Origin: an uncultured Verrucomicrobiae bacterium
GTDB taxonomy: Bacteria; Verrucomicrobiota; Verrucomicrobiia; Limisphaerales; Palsa-1400
NCBI GenBank assembly: GCA_963764165.1
Contig: CAVXRD010000003.1
Location: 576,001 to 640,000, forward strand
Direction of reading: 5' to 3'
DNA: 64,000 nt
How positions within the stretch are numbered: the stretch's first letter is position 1; each line of letters starts with the position of its first letter. Below the pieces are notes generated by a model that saw nothing but the letters and a program-made list of their open reading frames with translations, was not told the origin of the DNA and did no database searches. The translations under genes and the position numbers were made by a program. Of the stretch, positions 49,045 through 58,291 are shown in pieces.

Positions 49045-50463
49045 TTAATAGGCTTCGACAAAAACCGCACTTTGCACAGCTTTTGGTGTTACCTGGGGTT
49101 TTGACTCAAAAGCAAAGGGTGGTTCAACCGTTTCGCCTTGCCTCCCGTAAGCGGTTTTCCTTAATGCTGGATTGAATCCGAAGCGGTTTAGAAATTCAGC
49201 TTTGAGAAGTTCCTCAACTGGCGTCGCAAATTCAGGCAAAGTCAAAATTGAGTCGTGAATAGTTAAGACAGGAAATTTTGATCCCCTTGCAATTTTGCCG
49301 ATAACCCCATAAATCACAATATCGGCCTCTTGTTTCTGGAGCCACAAGGCGCAATGCCTATGGTGGGGGTATTTCAAGTCCTGAATTTTTTGAAACAACA
49401 CGGGAAACCGACGTGCGAACGCTTGGCACAATTTGCTTGGCCTTTGCCAAATCCGATCAAAAAACACCTGAGTAAAAACAGCCTGTTTTAATTCTTTCCG
49501 TCTATCAGGGCCAAACGGATTTTCAAGTTCCCAATCAAGAGCCTCATAAAAAAGTCCGCTTCGGACAATACTCTGATAATCTTCGCGCTCATGCTCGCCG
49601 TTGTAAAGACCCAGGAGCAGCAGTGGTTGACAATTCGCAATATCAATTTCCACGAGCGGTCTTTTATCCAACCTCAAGAATGGACGCAGGTCTTTAGGTA
49701 AACTGGTTACGTTATTAAAAACCCTACCAGTATTCTTATCGAAACAGAAAAAACCCTCGCGCCCGCGAATCCACCCTGCGCTACGGTAGTAATAATCCTG
49801 TTGGCGTATATTGGAGAATTGGAATCCCTCCAAATATCTTTCGACCCCCGCATCAATCGTAACTTGTTCAAGCGATTGGGCTAGGAACTCGTGCTCCAAA
49901 CAATTCTTTACGTGACGGAACTTGGGCACCGTCGCTAACGCAATAGCTCCCTTTATCGGAATCGACTGTCTCACTTCTTTGAACCGCGCACTCTGATACG
50001 GCTCACGGAATCTGTAGCCTTTACACTTCCCATTTACTACATAATGATTATCGGTTTCCAAAATGTTTAATCTGACTAAAACATTTTTGGCTTCGCTGGC
50101 AAAGCGTGACCCCAACAAGCCCTCAATAATTTTACTGCTTATAGGGGTGAAATCGTCGTCCGTGAAGGCCTTATTCCATCGTGCTCTATAAACCACCGTT
50201 AAAATATAAAGCAGCTTCCATGCATGGCGTATCCAGTATCTTTCCTGCGCAACTTCGAGCGCTTTGATTAAATCTAAGTTTTCTGGGCAATAAAACTTGT
50301 ATTCAGTCGCTTTTGCAGAACATAAGGGAGGAGGAATAAATGATATTGATTTATTATTTAATGAAGGTATTAAAGTATTGTTATTGTTTAATGTAGATAT
50401 ACCTTTAAGTATATTTACATTAAATGATTGCTCTCGCACTTTGATGTTTAATTGTTTGGTCAT
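49045..50463 (-). CDS. Divergent superfamily-A polymerase-like protein (TV-Pol-like), putative replication protein
   Basis: TGRVF, motif A EIDIANCQPLLL, motif-B-like RKELKQAVF, LQKQE, motif C TIHDSIL. Confidence 0.65.
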   Translation of the reverse strand: MTKQLNIKVREQSFNVNILKGISTLNNNNTLIPSLNNKSISFIPPPLCSAKATEYKFYCPENLDLIKALEVAQERYWIRHAWKLLYILTVVYRARWNKAFTDDDFTPISSKIIEGLLGSRFASEAKNVLVRLNILETDNHYVVNGKCKGYRFREPYQSARFKEVRQSIPIKGAIALATVPKFRHVKNCLEHEFLAQSLEQVTIDAGVERYLEGFQFSNIRQQDYYYRSAGWIRGREGFFCFDKNTGRVFNNVTSLPKDLRPFLRLDKRPLVEIDIANCQPLLLLGLYNGEHEREDYQSIVRSGLFYEALDWELENPFGPDRRKELKQAVFTQVFFDRIWQRPSKLCQAFARRFPVLFQKIQDLKYPHHRHCALWLQKQEADIVIYGVIGKIARGSKFPVLTIHDSILTLPEFATPVEELLKAEFLNRFGFNPALRKTAYGRQGETVEPPFAFESKPQVTPKAVQSAVFVEAY

Positions 50464-50478
50464 TTAAAGTCCTTTGCC

Positions 50479-51240
50479 TTATGCGGCCATGACTTGAGTG
50501 CATTCGCCACTCTTGTAAAGGTTTTGTATAAGCTCCTGCTCCCTAAGCCAGTATTGCTTAGTATGGATATACGAACCATGACTCCGCCGTGACCGCACAA
50601 CAGTTCCATTTGTGATTTTCACATTGTCGGGCAAAATGAAAATCTCCTTTTCCTTTCGTTCCAAAAATAAACCCAAAACGTACTTTTTTTCACAGAAACC
50701 ATAGAGGCAAAATCTAAGCGGATGGGGTTGCCTATTTACAGCAAACCATTCGGCTTTGCTCTTAGAGAGGGTCCAACTGAAACCGAATATGTTATAGACA
50801 GTCGCAGCACGGTAAACGCGGAGTTTGTCGGGGAGTTTGGATAACGTCATTTGTTCCTCCTCTGTCATCATGTCTTGATGATCTGGCTTTTTAAGGTCAA
50901 GCAACGATTCTATTAACGGCATGTCCTCCCAACTGTTTTCACAGCAAGTCCAGATAAATCTAAATGCGCGCCAAAACTCGGAATCTGTTAGGTGATTTTT
51001 GACTGCATCCAGTATTGTAAACCGAAAAGGCGCACTCACACAGCGGAAAAACCCTGTCCAATTTCTTTTGCGGGCGTGGGCTATCATTTGTTCCACAAGA
51101 CCACCAGGAACACCGTTTATGGTCGCCCATAGCTCTGGATGCTGACTTATTGGATTGTCACATTCAATAAACGTCGTTGTCACGTTAGGTGTATTGTGTG
51201 GATTTGCGTTCACTGTCGTTTTATCAGTTCTGTTTAACAT
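50479..51240 (-). CDS. Hypothetical protein with ADP-ribosyltransferase-like R-S-E motifs
   Basis: VYRA...FSWTL...A.WFA...ERKEKEIFI. Confidence 0.55.
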   Translation of the reverse strand: MLNRTDKTTVNANPHNTPNVTTTFIECDNPISQHPELWATINGVPGGLVEQMIAHARKRNWTGFFRCVSAPFRFTILDAVKNHLTDSEFWRAFRFIWTCCENSWEDMPLIESLLDLKKPDHQDMMTEEEQMTLSKLPDKLRVYRAATVYNIFGFSWTLSKSKAEWFAVNRQPHPLRFCLYGFCEKKYVLGLFLERKEKEIFILPDNVKITNGTVVRSRRSHGSYIHTKQYWLREQELIQNLYKSGECTQVMAA

Positions 51241-51247
51241 AGAACAG

Positions 51248-51276
51248 ATTTTACAATGTTTTTATTGTCGAGTCAA
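51248..51276 (-). promoter_or_regulatory. Near-consensus sigma70 promoter for the ART-like/polymerase-like operon
   Basis: Minus strand TTGACT-17-TAAAAT, 7 nt before ATG 51240. Confidence 0.65.
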
Positions 51277-51820
51277 GCTAAGAGTTAAAAATTTGTTATG
51301 TTGAACATTCGTTAAACAAATAGTTTTGCACGCTTGGAAACCGAGAATTTTGTTAATTGAATAGTTGTGAAACGATCCTTTGGCTAAGTATTTATTTGTA
51401 GTAGTAAGTATTATGTCTTTGGACGGGGCACTTTTTACGGATCGTCCAAAACCATCTGACCAACAGAGTTTGCCAGCAAAAGGTTTTGGTACAAATAGTT
51501 TTCGGTTTGCTGGTGCGGATGGATGGCCAGCCCGTCGGGCAAACTCTGATTATTTTATAGTACAGAAAGCTTTAAGGAGGGTTGCGGAAAGATGACGCAT
51601 GTTGCGTCTGAAAAAGTTCTTTTTGATTTGATGCCCGTGCTCGTTTGATAAATTGGCAGCGGGGCGTGGCAAATTAAATTGAATTGATTTATTTTGGACA
51701 CCGTGTTTCCTGTGGGCGTGGCAGATCCAGAACATACGCCAGTCACGAATAGGGCACTTTGGTTCACAGGCGAGTGGAAAAGCGTTCTCTTTTTCGGCTC
51801 CAGAACTTTCTTGGAAGATT

Positions 51821-52873
51821 ATGGAACTAAAAGACCTTGAACAACAATATAGATTGTTTGCTCCACTTGGCCAACAATTCACGGGCGAATTGACACGCCA
51901 ATTGCACGAGCTATTGACGCAACAGAATGTTTCTTTAGGCTGTCCTATCCAATCCAGAGTAAAGGAATGGATTTCAATTTCCGAGAAGATTGAGCGCAAA
52001 TCGCTCCAACTTGAGAGCATCAATGATATTCCTGACTTAATTGGACTGAGAGTGATATTGCTATTTCAGCGAAGCGTCTCAGATGTTTGTGAACTTATCA
52101 AAAGTAATTTTGTAGTCCTAAAGGCCGAAAATGTTCACGAAAGGCTTGCTGCTAGTGAATTTGGATATTCATCGGTTCATTTCCAGATTAAACCACCTGA
52201 CGCATGGTTGAGCGTCCCGACTTTAAAGAGAATTGGTAAGCTCAAAGCGGAGATCCAAGTTAGGACTGTCGCGCAACACATTTGGGCATCGGCCTCGCAT
52301 GTTTTACAATATAAGCAAAAGAAAGGTGTGCCGCCATCGGTTCGCAGGGCAATTTTTCGTGTTTCGGCTCTTTTGGAAACTGTGGACTTGGAATTTGAAA
52401 GGGTTTTGATTGAACGCGCATTATATTTGGCGAATGTTCAAACTGATACGTCTGCGGAAATACTCAACGTGGATTTACTTGCAAAAATTCTGGACGAATT
52501 GCTCCCGCAGGATAATAAAGCACAAGGAGAGGAGGATTATGCGACTCTTCTTACGGACTTAGCCGATTTTGGGATCAAGACCAATGTTGAACTCAGGAAT
52601 TTAATCCAGGAGACCAAGACTTCGATAATGCTCGCGGACAGGAAAAGAGTTTTGGAAGAGCTACATGAAAAGCATGAGCGAGAGAACGCTGAGGACACAC
52701 CGTTGAATATTATTGTCGATGACGAGAGGCTTGATCGTGGCGTGTTTTTTTCTCACGTAGGGCTTGTAAGAATCGCACTTGCGAACAAATTTGGGACTAA
52801 ATGGGAGGACTACGCCATGCTACGTTGGCGCAGTGGCCAAAGTTCCAATTCCGATGAAGAAATTCAAAATTAA
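51821..52873 (+). CDS. Small alarmone synthetase (RelA/SpoT synthetase domain) with C-terminal extension
   Basis: SRVK, DLIGLRVI, GYSSVH, EIQVRT, QHIWA...HVLQYK. Confidence 0.9.
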   Translation: MELKDLEQQYRLFAPLGQQFTGELTRQLHELLTQQNVSLGCPIQSRVKEWISISEKIERKSLQLESINDIPDLIGLRVILLFQRSVSDVCELIKSNFVVLKAENVHERLAASEFGYSSVHFQIKPPDAWLSVPTLKRIGKLKAEIQVRTVAQHIWASASHVLQYKQKKGVPPSVRRAIFRVSALLETVDLEFERVLIERALYLANVQTDTSAEILNVDLLAKILDELLPQDNKAQGEEDYATLLTDLADFGIKTNVELRNLIQETKTSIMLADRKRVLEELHEKHERENAEDTPLNIIVDDERLDRGVFFSHVGLVRIALANKFGTKWEDYAMLRWRSGQSSNSDEEIQN

Positions 52874-52951
52874 TTTTGCCTTGAAATAGGAGATTGCTTT
52901 GAATTCGACCAAGTTTGGGCCAAATAAGAAGAGACGGAAGTCAGAGCCTTT

Positions 52952-53797
52952 TTATTGCGTTTTCGGTTTTGTCGGTGGACGCAACAAAACAACCTGATGA
53001 CGGTATGGCTTGGATGTGGCTTTCCAAGTTTGGAATAAGTTTACCGTGTTGAATGCCTTCATTTGTTCCTTTTCCCCCGACAATTGCTTTCCGTGCGCTG
53101 TAAATTTGGCTCGTACATAATCGTTTAGGTCGACAGGAACGACAAAATGCTCCATGCGCCCCATTTCTAAAAAGAACCAACAAAGCGTTTTCATTTTCTG
53201 ACAAGTGCTGCCAACAAGTGAGTTTGAAAGTTGCTCCGTGCCCGTCGGTACGTCATGTTCAATTATCGCATCCTCATACATGGAGTGGAAAACCTTTGGT
53301 TCTACAAAAGTTTTGAAAATGAGCGCGTACGCTTCGTTAGACACTACCGTTCCTGCGAGCTGACATTGTGCGCCTAGTCTGTGCGCGTCCATGATTGCTT
53401 TACCTACAAAACACCGCTTGCTTATCATTACGTCGCCAACGTGAACCGCGCCGCGCATGGGCAACCCTAGTTCAAACATTCTGCGGTTGATGTATGCGGC
53501 AAGAATCGCAAAAAAAATCAGATTGAATTTTATTGTGTCAGGTTTATCTGTAGCTTTTAATTCCAGCGCAACAAAAATCGTATCGGAAAATGTGAGCCAT
53601 CTCAACCGCTCTTTCACCTCGTTTATCTTGTCTTGCGGCGTGTCATTCTTTTCGTCCAATCCGTGTAACAATAACTCTGGGACTTCAGTTTCAAAATCAT
53701 CCATTACTTTCAGCACCCTTTCTGCATTGCCGAAATCACAGTTTTCGCAAAAACTTGTAAATCCCAAAACGTCAAAGAGTCCGAAAATGCAATTCAT
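52952..53797 (-). CDS. Divergent class III nucleotidyl-cyclase-like protein
   Basis: FDVLGF, FSDTI, MRGAVHVG, VGKAIMDAHRL correspond to the D / xGD / RxG..G / G..VN.A.RL motifs. Confidence 0.7.
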   Translation of the reverse strand: MNCIFGLFDVLGFTSFCENCDFGNAERVLKVMDDFETEVPELLLHGLDEKNDTPQDKINEVKERLRWLTFSDTIFVALELKATDKPDTIKFNLIFFAILAAYINRRMFELGLPMRGAVHVGDVMISKRCFVGKAIMDAHRLGAQCQLAGTVVSNEAYALIFKTFVEPKVFHSMYEDAIIEHDVPTGTEQLSNSLVGSTCQKMKTLCWFFLEMGRMEHFVVPVDLNDYVRAKFTAHGKQLSGEKEQMKAFNTVNLFQTWKATSKPYRHQVVLLRPPTKPKTQ

Positions 53798-54210
53798 ATC
53801 TTAAAATGAGACGAAACAGTTAAATTTAAAGTAATTTGTCCGCTAATAATGGCTTTTGGCCTAAAGTTGGAAAGATTTTAAGGCAAATAAGGAGGAGCAC
53901 GGGCGCGGTTAAAACCCGCCAAGGATGCGTCCTTTGCTCTCTCAGGGGCATTTTTCTGGTGTCACCCCATGTTGACCCACTTTGGACGGAAGGCGGGGCA
54001 GGACGCCTTTGGGGGACTTGCTCAGATAGTCGAAAAGAGCCGAAACGGGCAATTCTTGAAAATCTCAGGTTAATTAGGGCGAAAAGGGGGTGGGGACTGC
54101 CAGCAAAACTGCCAGCAAAAAGCAGGCTTGAGCATTGAAAGACTGATGGGAATTATACTTGATTTGCCTGTGAGAAATGGTAAAATTTTCCTTGATAAGG
54201 GCATACGGGT

Positions 54211-54235
54211 TTCGAGTCCTACCTTTGGAGCCATT
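54211..54235 (+). repeat. attR core (duplicated tRNA-Asn 3' end)
   Basis: Identical to 44106-44130. Confidence 0.93.
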
Positions 54236-54292
54236 CGACTCGGCCTTTGACGCCTCGCTCATGGCGAGCCGCAAAAGGCCGAGTCGAATGGC
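54230..54292. repeat. Long hairpin just outside attR (probably the original tRNA-downstream sequence)
   Basis: GCCATTCGACTCGGCCTTT ... AAAGGCCGAGTCGAATGGC with an inner CTCGC/GCGAG stem. Confidence 0.7.
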
Positions 54293-54356
54293 CCCGAGCA
54301 AGCGAAGCGCGCCGAGGGACTTTCCCGCAATTCCATGATCCGTGTCAGTTGAATGG

Positions 54357-55121
54357 CTAGTCTGCGTGCGACAGGAGCGCCTTCTCCAATTCATTCTTAA
54401 ACTTTGGGGAGACGACGCATGTCAGATGGCCGGCGTGCGGAATGATAATCACTGGCCAGTCCGCGCGAATTTGTTGCAGGGGTTCGATATAGAGCCTCCG
54501 GCATGGATCGGATTCGCCCGCGATGATTGTCACCGGAACCCGGATCGCTTTAACCTGATCTTCGCTGACCGCGAGCTTGGCCATGCCGTGGACGCAAGCC
54601 GGCGGCACGGGCGTGTTGTCGCGCCCGGGAAGAATCTCCCAGAATCGTTGCAGCGCGCTGCCATCTTTCAGCCAACCCATTCCTCCGAGCACGGCAGACT
54701 TCACGCGGTCCGGGTGAAGCGCGAGTAGTTTCATCGTGATCATGCCGCCGAGCGAATAACCAACCACGTGCGCTTTTTGAATGTGCAGATGGTCCATCAG
54801 GCGCACCACGTCTTCCGCCATTTCCGGGCCGTATTTATCTTCTTCGGCGGGCTTTCCTGATTCGCCGTGCCCCCTGTTGTCAAACGTAATAACCTGAAAG
54901 CGCTTCGATAGCCGAAGCGTCGTTCCAGGGGCGTCCCAATTCTTCTGGGCGCTGGAATAAAGGCCGTGAATCAGAATGACTGGCTCGCCTTGTCCAACGA
55001 CATGATAGTGAATCTTGACCCCGCCCGAATCGAACTCGTCAGCGCGAGCCGTCGAAATGCCAGCCATCAAAACTACCGCCGAGAGCCACAGCGAAAACTT
55101 CCATCGCGTCATCCTTTTCAT
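54357..55121 (-). CDS. Exported alpha/beta hydrolase
   Basis: Signal peptide, LIHG, DNRGHG, nucleophile elbow GYSLGG, D and H triad positions. Confidence 0.88.
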   Translation of the reverse strand: MKRMTRWKFSLWLSAVVLMAGISTARADEFDSGGVKIHYHVVGQGEPVILIHGLYSSAQKNWDAPGTTLRLSKRFQVITFDNRGHGESGKPAEEDKYGPEMAEDVVRLMDHLHIQKAHVVGYSLGGMITMKLLALHPDRVKSAVLGGMGWLKDGSALQRFWEILPGRDNTPVPPACVHGMAKLAVSEDQVKAIRVPVTIIAGESDPCRRLYIEPLQQIRADWPVIIIPHAGHLTCVVSPKFKNELEKALLSHAD

Positions 55122-55143
55122 ATAACACCCATCAATGTGAGAC

Positions 55144-56292
55144 TCAGTGTTTCAATCCCATCACAAGCAGTATCAAATCGACAATGAACAATAGCACAAT
55201 CGTGACTTCCAGGGTCAGCATCCATTGATTGATTCTATCCTGGCTTAGCAATTGGTAAAGGTCGTCGAGAGTGTCGAGTTTCTTGTCAATCGTGCGGTGC
55301 CAGTCGCCAAGATGAAATCGCGCGGCGATATTTTCGTAAAGGCGCGCCACATGCCAATCGCCGAAAAACTTTGTGATGTTTGACATCTCGTCGCTGAAAC
55401 GAGCCAGATCAACGCGAATTTCGCGCAACTCCCGCATGACCTCCCTGCTCCGCCGCGGCTGGCGCGCGAGATCGCGGTAAGACCGCTCCAAGGCCGCGTC
55501 AAGAATTCGATCATACGCCTCCAACTCGGCGAGCTGCAGATTCGCCAGCTCGAGCACGTAAAGAATTTCGTCCAATTGCCCGGGCTCCTGCACGATTAAC
55601 GCGGCGTCCCAGTCCAGCACCGCGAGATCGTTCTCGTAATAGCTGAGGTAGCGGCCCGTCGATTCGTCGGCTTCCTGGCGCGAAAGCTGGTCGACGTCCT
55701 CCTCTTGCGTCAGCAGAGCCGCAACCTCCCGGCGGTGCTGCTGCAGCCAGTCCTCGGCGGTGAGGGGCTGCTCGTCCTTGGCGGCCAGGGGGGCGTCAAT
55801 ACAAAAAACCGTATACGCCTCTTCGTCCGCCAATTGCGGAACCGGCTTGATGAGGTAGGGCGCCAGTTCGGCCCGCGCCTCTTCGGCGATTTGCCGGACT
55901 TCGTGGCTTAATTGGCCGTTGGAAAATTCAATGTCGTGGAAGCCAACCAAATCCTTGATTGCCGGCACGTCGAACGGCACCGAGACGGTGATGCTGATGG
56001 CGCCCACGGGCAAGAGCTTCAGGCTGCGTTCAATGCGAACGGGGCCGCTGGGGCCGATGCGCTCCATCGGCGGTAGGCGCACCATTTGCGGGCGGTAAAA
56101 GAACAAATGGCGGGGATTGCGCCGGCTCGTATCGACCGAGAATTGCGCCACTGGCTGGCCCAGCAATTGCGGAATCGGCGCGCGAGCCATCTCGTAAGCC
56201 ACGTCGAAAGCGAAGATGTAGATGACCTTTCCGGTGTATCGTTTTACGCCCCGGCGCACACGCAATGTTTCCGGCATTTCGAGCATCTCCAC
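55144..56292 (-). CDS. Conserved hypothetical protein (RMD1/CorA-like architecture, C-terminal TM)
   Basis: ELANLQLAELEAYD, FFGDWHVARLY, RFHL..W, C-terminal LEVTIVLLFIVDL helix. Confidence 0.6.
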   Translation of the reverse strand: MEMLEMPETLRVRRGVKRYTGKVIYIFAFDVAYEMARAPIPQLLGQPVAQFSVDTSRRNPRHLFFYRPQMVRLPPMERIGPSGPVRIERSLKLLPVGAISITVSVPFDVPAIKDLVGFHDIEFSNGQLSHEVRQIAEEARAELAPYLIKPVPQLADEEAYTVFCIDAPLAAKDEQPLTAEDWLQQHRREVAALLTQEEDVDQLSRQEADESTGRYLSYYENDLAVLDWDAALIVQEPGQLDEILYVLELANLQLAELEAYDRILDAALERSYRDLARQPRRSREVMRELREIRVDLARFSDEMSNITKFFGDWHVARLYENIAARFHLGDWHRTIDKKLDTLDDLYQLLSQDRINQWMLTLEVTIVLLFIVDLILLVMGLKH

Positions 56293-56349
56293 ATATTAGC
56301 GCAGAATTGAACCCGCGCCAAAGCCGAATTGCGCATGCAGAAAGGCAGC

Positions 56350-56374
56350 GACGCCTCGGCGAGGCGACTTCTAC
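56350..56374. repeat. Single REP copy of the ribBA-ribH family
   Basis: GACGCCTCGGCGAGGCG...CTAC, same core as 30938-30961. Confidence 0.6.
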
Positions 56375-58260
56375 AGGCGGCATTCGATCACCGTCGAGGA
56401 CAATGCGGGCAATGTTATTGACACTTCGTTCGTCGGCAATGCGACCGTGCTGATGCGCTTTGGCGCGTCCCACGAATTTACAATATCCTTCTGCCCCGCA
56501 GCCCGAACGTCGCAGACGGAGTAGGCAAGGCTCGCCGGCATCAAACCGCGACTAATGTCCTGAACCGAAATGGCGACCGGCTTCGTTTTCGTATTGACGC
56601 AAAACAGGCAAACCGAGTTGTGATCGTCCGAGGCGCAGGCAACAATGTCCAAATCCTTGTCGGCGCAGGTGGCTTGCACCGGAACGGGTTTCGCGTGCTG
56701 GGCGTAAAGCTGCATCACCAGATAGCTTGGGCGTTCGAGAACGCCGCTGGCATCCGTTTCGATGGTCGCGCCGCAATAGCTGTTGGCCAAATTGGAGCGG
56801 CACGCCAATTTGACTTTGTCTGCGTGACGCATCATGACATGCAAGTAACGGGCATTGGCCAGCGCCGCGCCGAGAGTCATTTGGCGCCCGCGCCCCAATC
56901 CCCAATCGCCGCCGCTGATATTCCATTCTGTCACGCCAATCTTGACCGCTCCGCAACCGGCGGTGCTGTCAATCATTTTGGAGATTTCGTTGAAGTCGCG
57001 GTCACACGCGCCAAGATCCGGCGTGTAGTGGTGCGGGCAAACGCAAAAGATATCCGGTCCGAATCGGGTGAGCAGCGCTTGGGAAGGAAAGGAAGTCATG
57101 ACTCGCGCGGCAGGATCCGCCTTCTTGATGAGCCGTATAAAATCGCCAAACCGGGCGAGATAGTTCGCGTCGTCGCCGCTGATTTCGTTTCCAACCTGCC
57201 AATACTTGACATGATACGGGGCCGGATGCCCGTTGGCAGCGCGGCGGGCGCCCCATTTCGTGTTCGAATCGCCGTTGCAATATTCGACCTGATCCGCCGC
57301 GTTTTGGGGACCGTCGGCAAAGCTGAGACAAATGAGCGGTTCCGCGCTGACGGCCTCACAAAATTGGCAAAACTCATCAATACCCACATCGTTTGGATCA
57401 ATGCGCCCCCAAACTTTATTCAGAAACGGCGTGCGTTGATCGCGGTCGCCGATGCCGTCCTTCCAACGATATTGGCCGGGGTCGCAGGACGAACCGCCCC
57501 AGCGGATGACGGATGGACGGCTTTCCTTAATTTCCCGCACGACATCGGCGCGCCAGCCTTGCACGTTGTCGGCGGGCATCAGCGACAACTTGTCCGCCCA
57601 AAGACTCCCTTTGCCCTTCGCGCTGAGTTCGAACACGACGCGATCTGTTTGCCCGCGAGATTTCAATCGCACATTGCATTTCTTCCAATCGGTAGAGAAC
57701 TTCGGAAGGTCCAGGGAGGCCAGTGTCATCCACGAGCCATCGGGCAGCAAGGCCTTCAAGAGAGACGTCACGCGCACGCTGGCATCGGCGCGGAAATACC
57801 CGGAAAATTCGTATTCCGTCCCCTTCTTGACAGCGAGACCGGACTGCGAAATAAACGCTCGCTCGCCAGAACTCGGCGAAAGCCGGGCGCACTTTGACCC
57901 GTTGAAAACGTTTGTTGTTTCAAGCGACCATGTGGAATTGGTATCCCATGTTCGGTCGCAAAAATCGGGACGGCCATCGTAGTACGACCAATTGGCGGCA
58001 GGAATCACGCCTTCAAACGAGCGATCATTCAACATCTCCGCCCACATCCCCGGCACGACGTCTTCGAGCAGTTCCACGAAATTGCCGAATAGCATCGGAT
58101 CAATGCGGCCCGGCAGCGCGTCCTTCGCTTCCATTTTAACTTGGATTGCAACGGACTCGGCGGAAACAGCGGTGTTAATCGATCCGGCGAAAATGCAAAA
58201 CGCGCAGGCGAGCGCGCCAATCCGCGCGATGACCGAAGAATTGAATTTCGCTTTGGACAT
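56371..58260 (-). CDS. Alpha-L-arabinofuranosidase, GH51, with CBM-like insert
   Basis: IDPMLFGNFVE, IRWGG, YWQVGNE (acid/base), VTEWN (nucleophile), LPALS. Confidence 0.88.
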   Translation of the reverse strand: MSKAKFNSSVIARIGALACAFCIFAGSINTAVSAESVAIQVKMEAKDALPGRIDPMLFGNFVELLEDVVPGMWAEMLNDRSFEGVIPAANWSYYDGRPDFCDRTWDTNSTWSLETTNVFNGSKCARLSPSSGERAFISQSGLAVKKGTEYEFSGYFRADASVRVTSLLKALLPDGSWMTLASLDLPKFSTDWKKCNVRLKSRGQTDRVVFELSAKGKGSLWADKLSLMPADNVQGWRADVVREIKESRPSVIRWGGSSCDPGQYRWKDGIGDRDQRTPFLNKVWGRIDPNDVGIDEFCQFCEAVSAEPLICLSFADGPQNAADQVEYCNGDSNTKWGARRAANGHPAPYHVKYWQVGNEISGDDANYLARFGDFIRLIKKADPAARVMTSFPSQALLTRFGPDIFCVCPHHYTPDLGACDRDFNEISKMIDSTAGCGAVKIGVTEWNISGGDWGLGRGRQMTLGAALANARYLHVMMRHADKVKLACRSNLANSYCGATIETDASGVLERPSYLVMQLYAQHAKPVPVQATCADKDLDIVACASDDHNSVCLFCVNTKTKPVAISVQDISRGLMPASLAYSVCDVRAAGQKDIVNSWDAPKRISTVALPTNEVSITLPALSSTVIECRL

Positions 58261-58291
58261 GGACTGCAAGATAACCGCCGCAATTCGAAGT

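Larger units (their letters stand above)
44106..54235. mobile_element. ~10.1 kb integrative element in tRNA-Asn
   Basis: Exact 25-bp direct repeat of the tRNA 3' end at both borders; integrase next to attL; visibly AT-richer than the flanks. Confidence 0.93.

Noticed and set aside
44290..53797. Calling the island a prophage or ICE
   Set aside because: No recognisable terminase, capsid, tail, lysis, relaxase or T4SS genes between the att sites.
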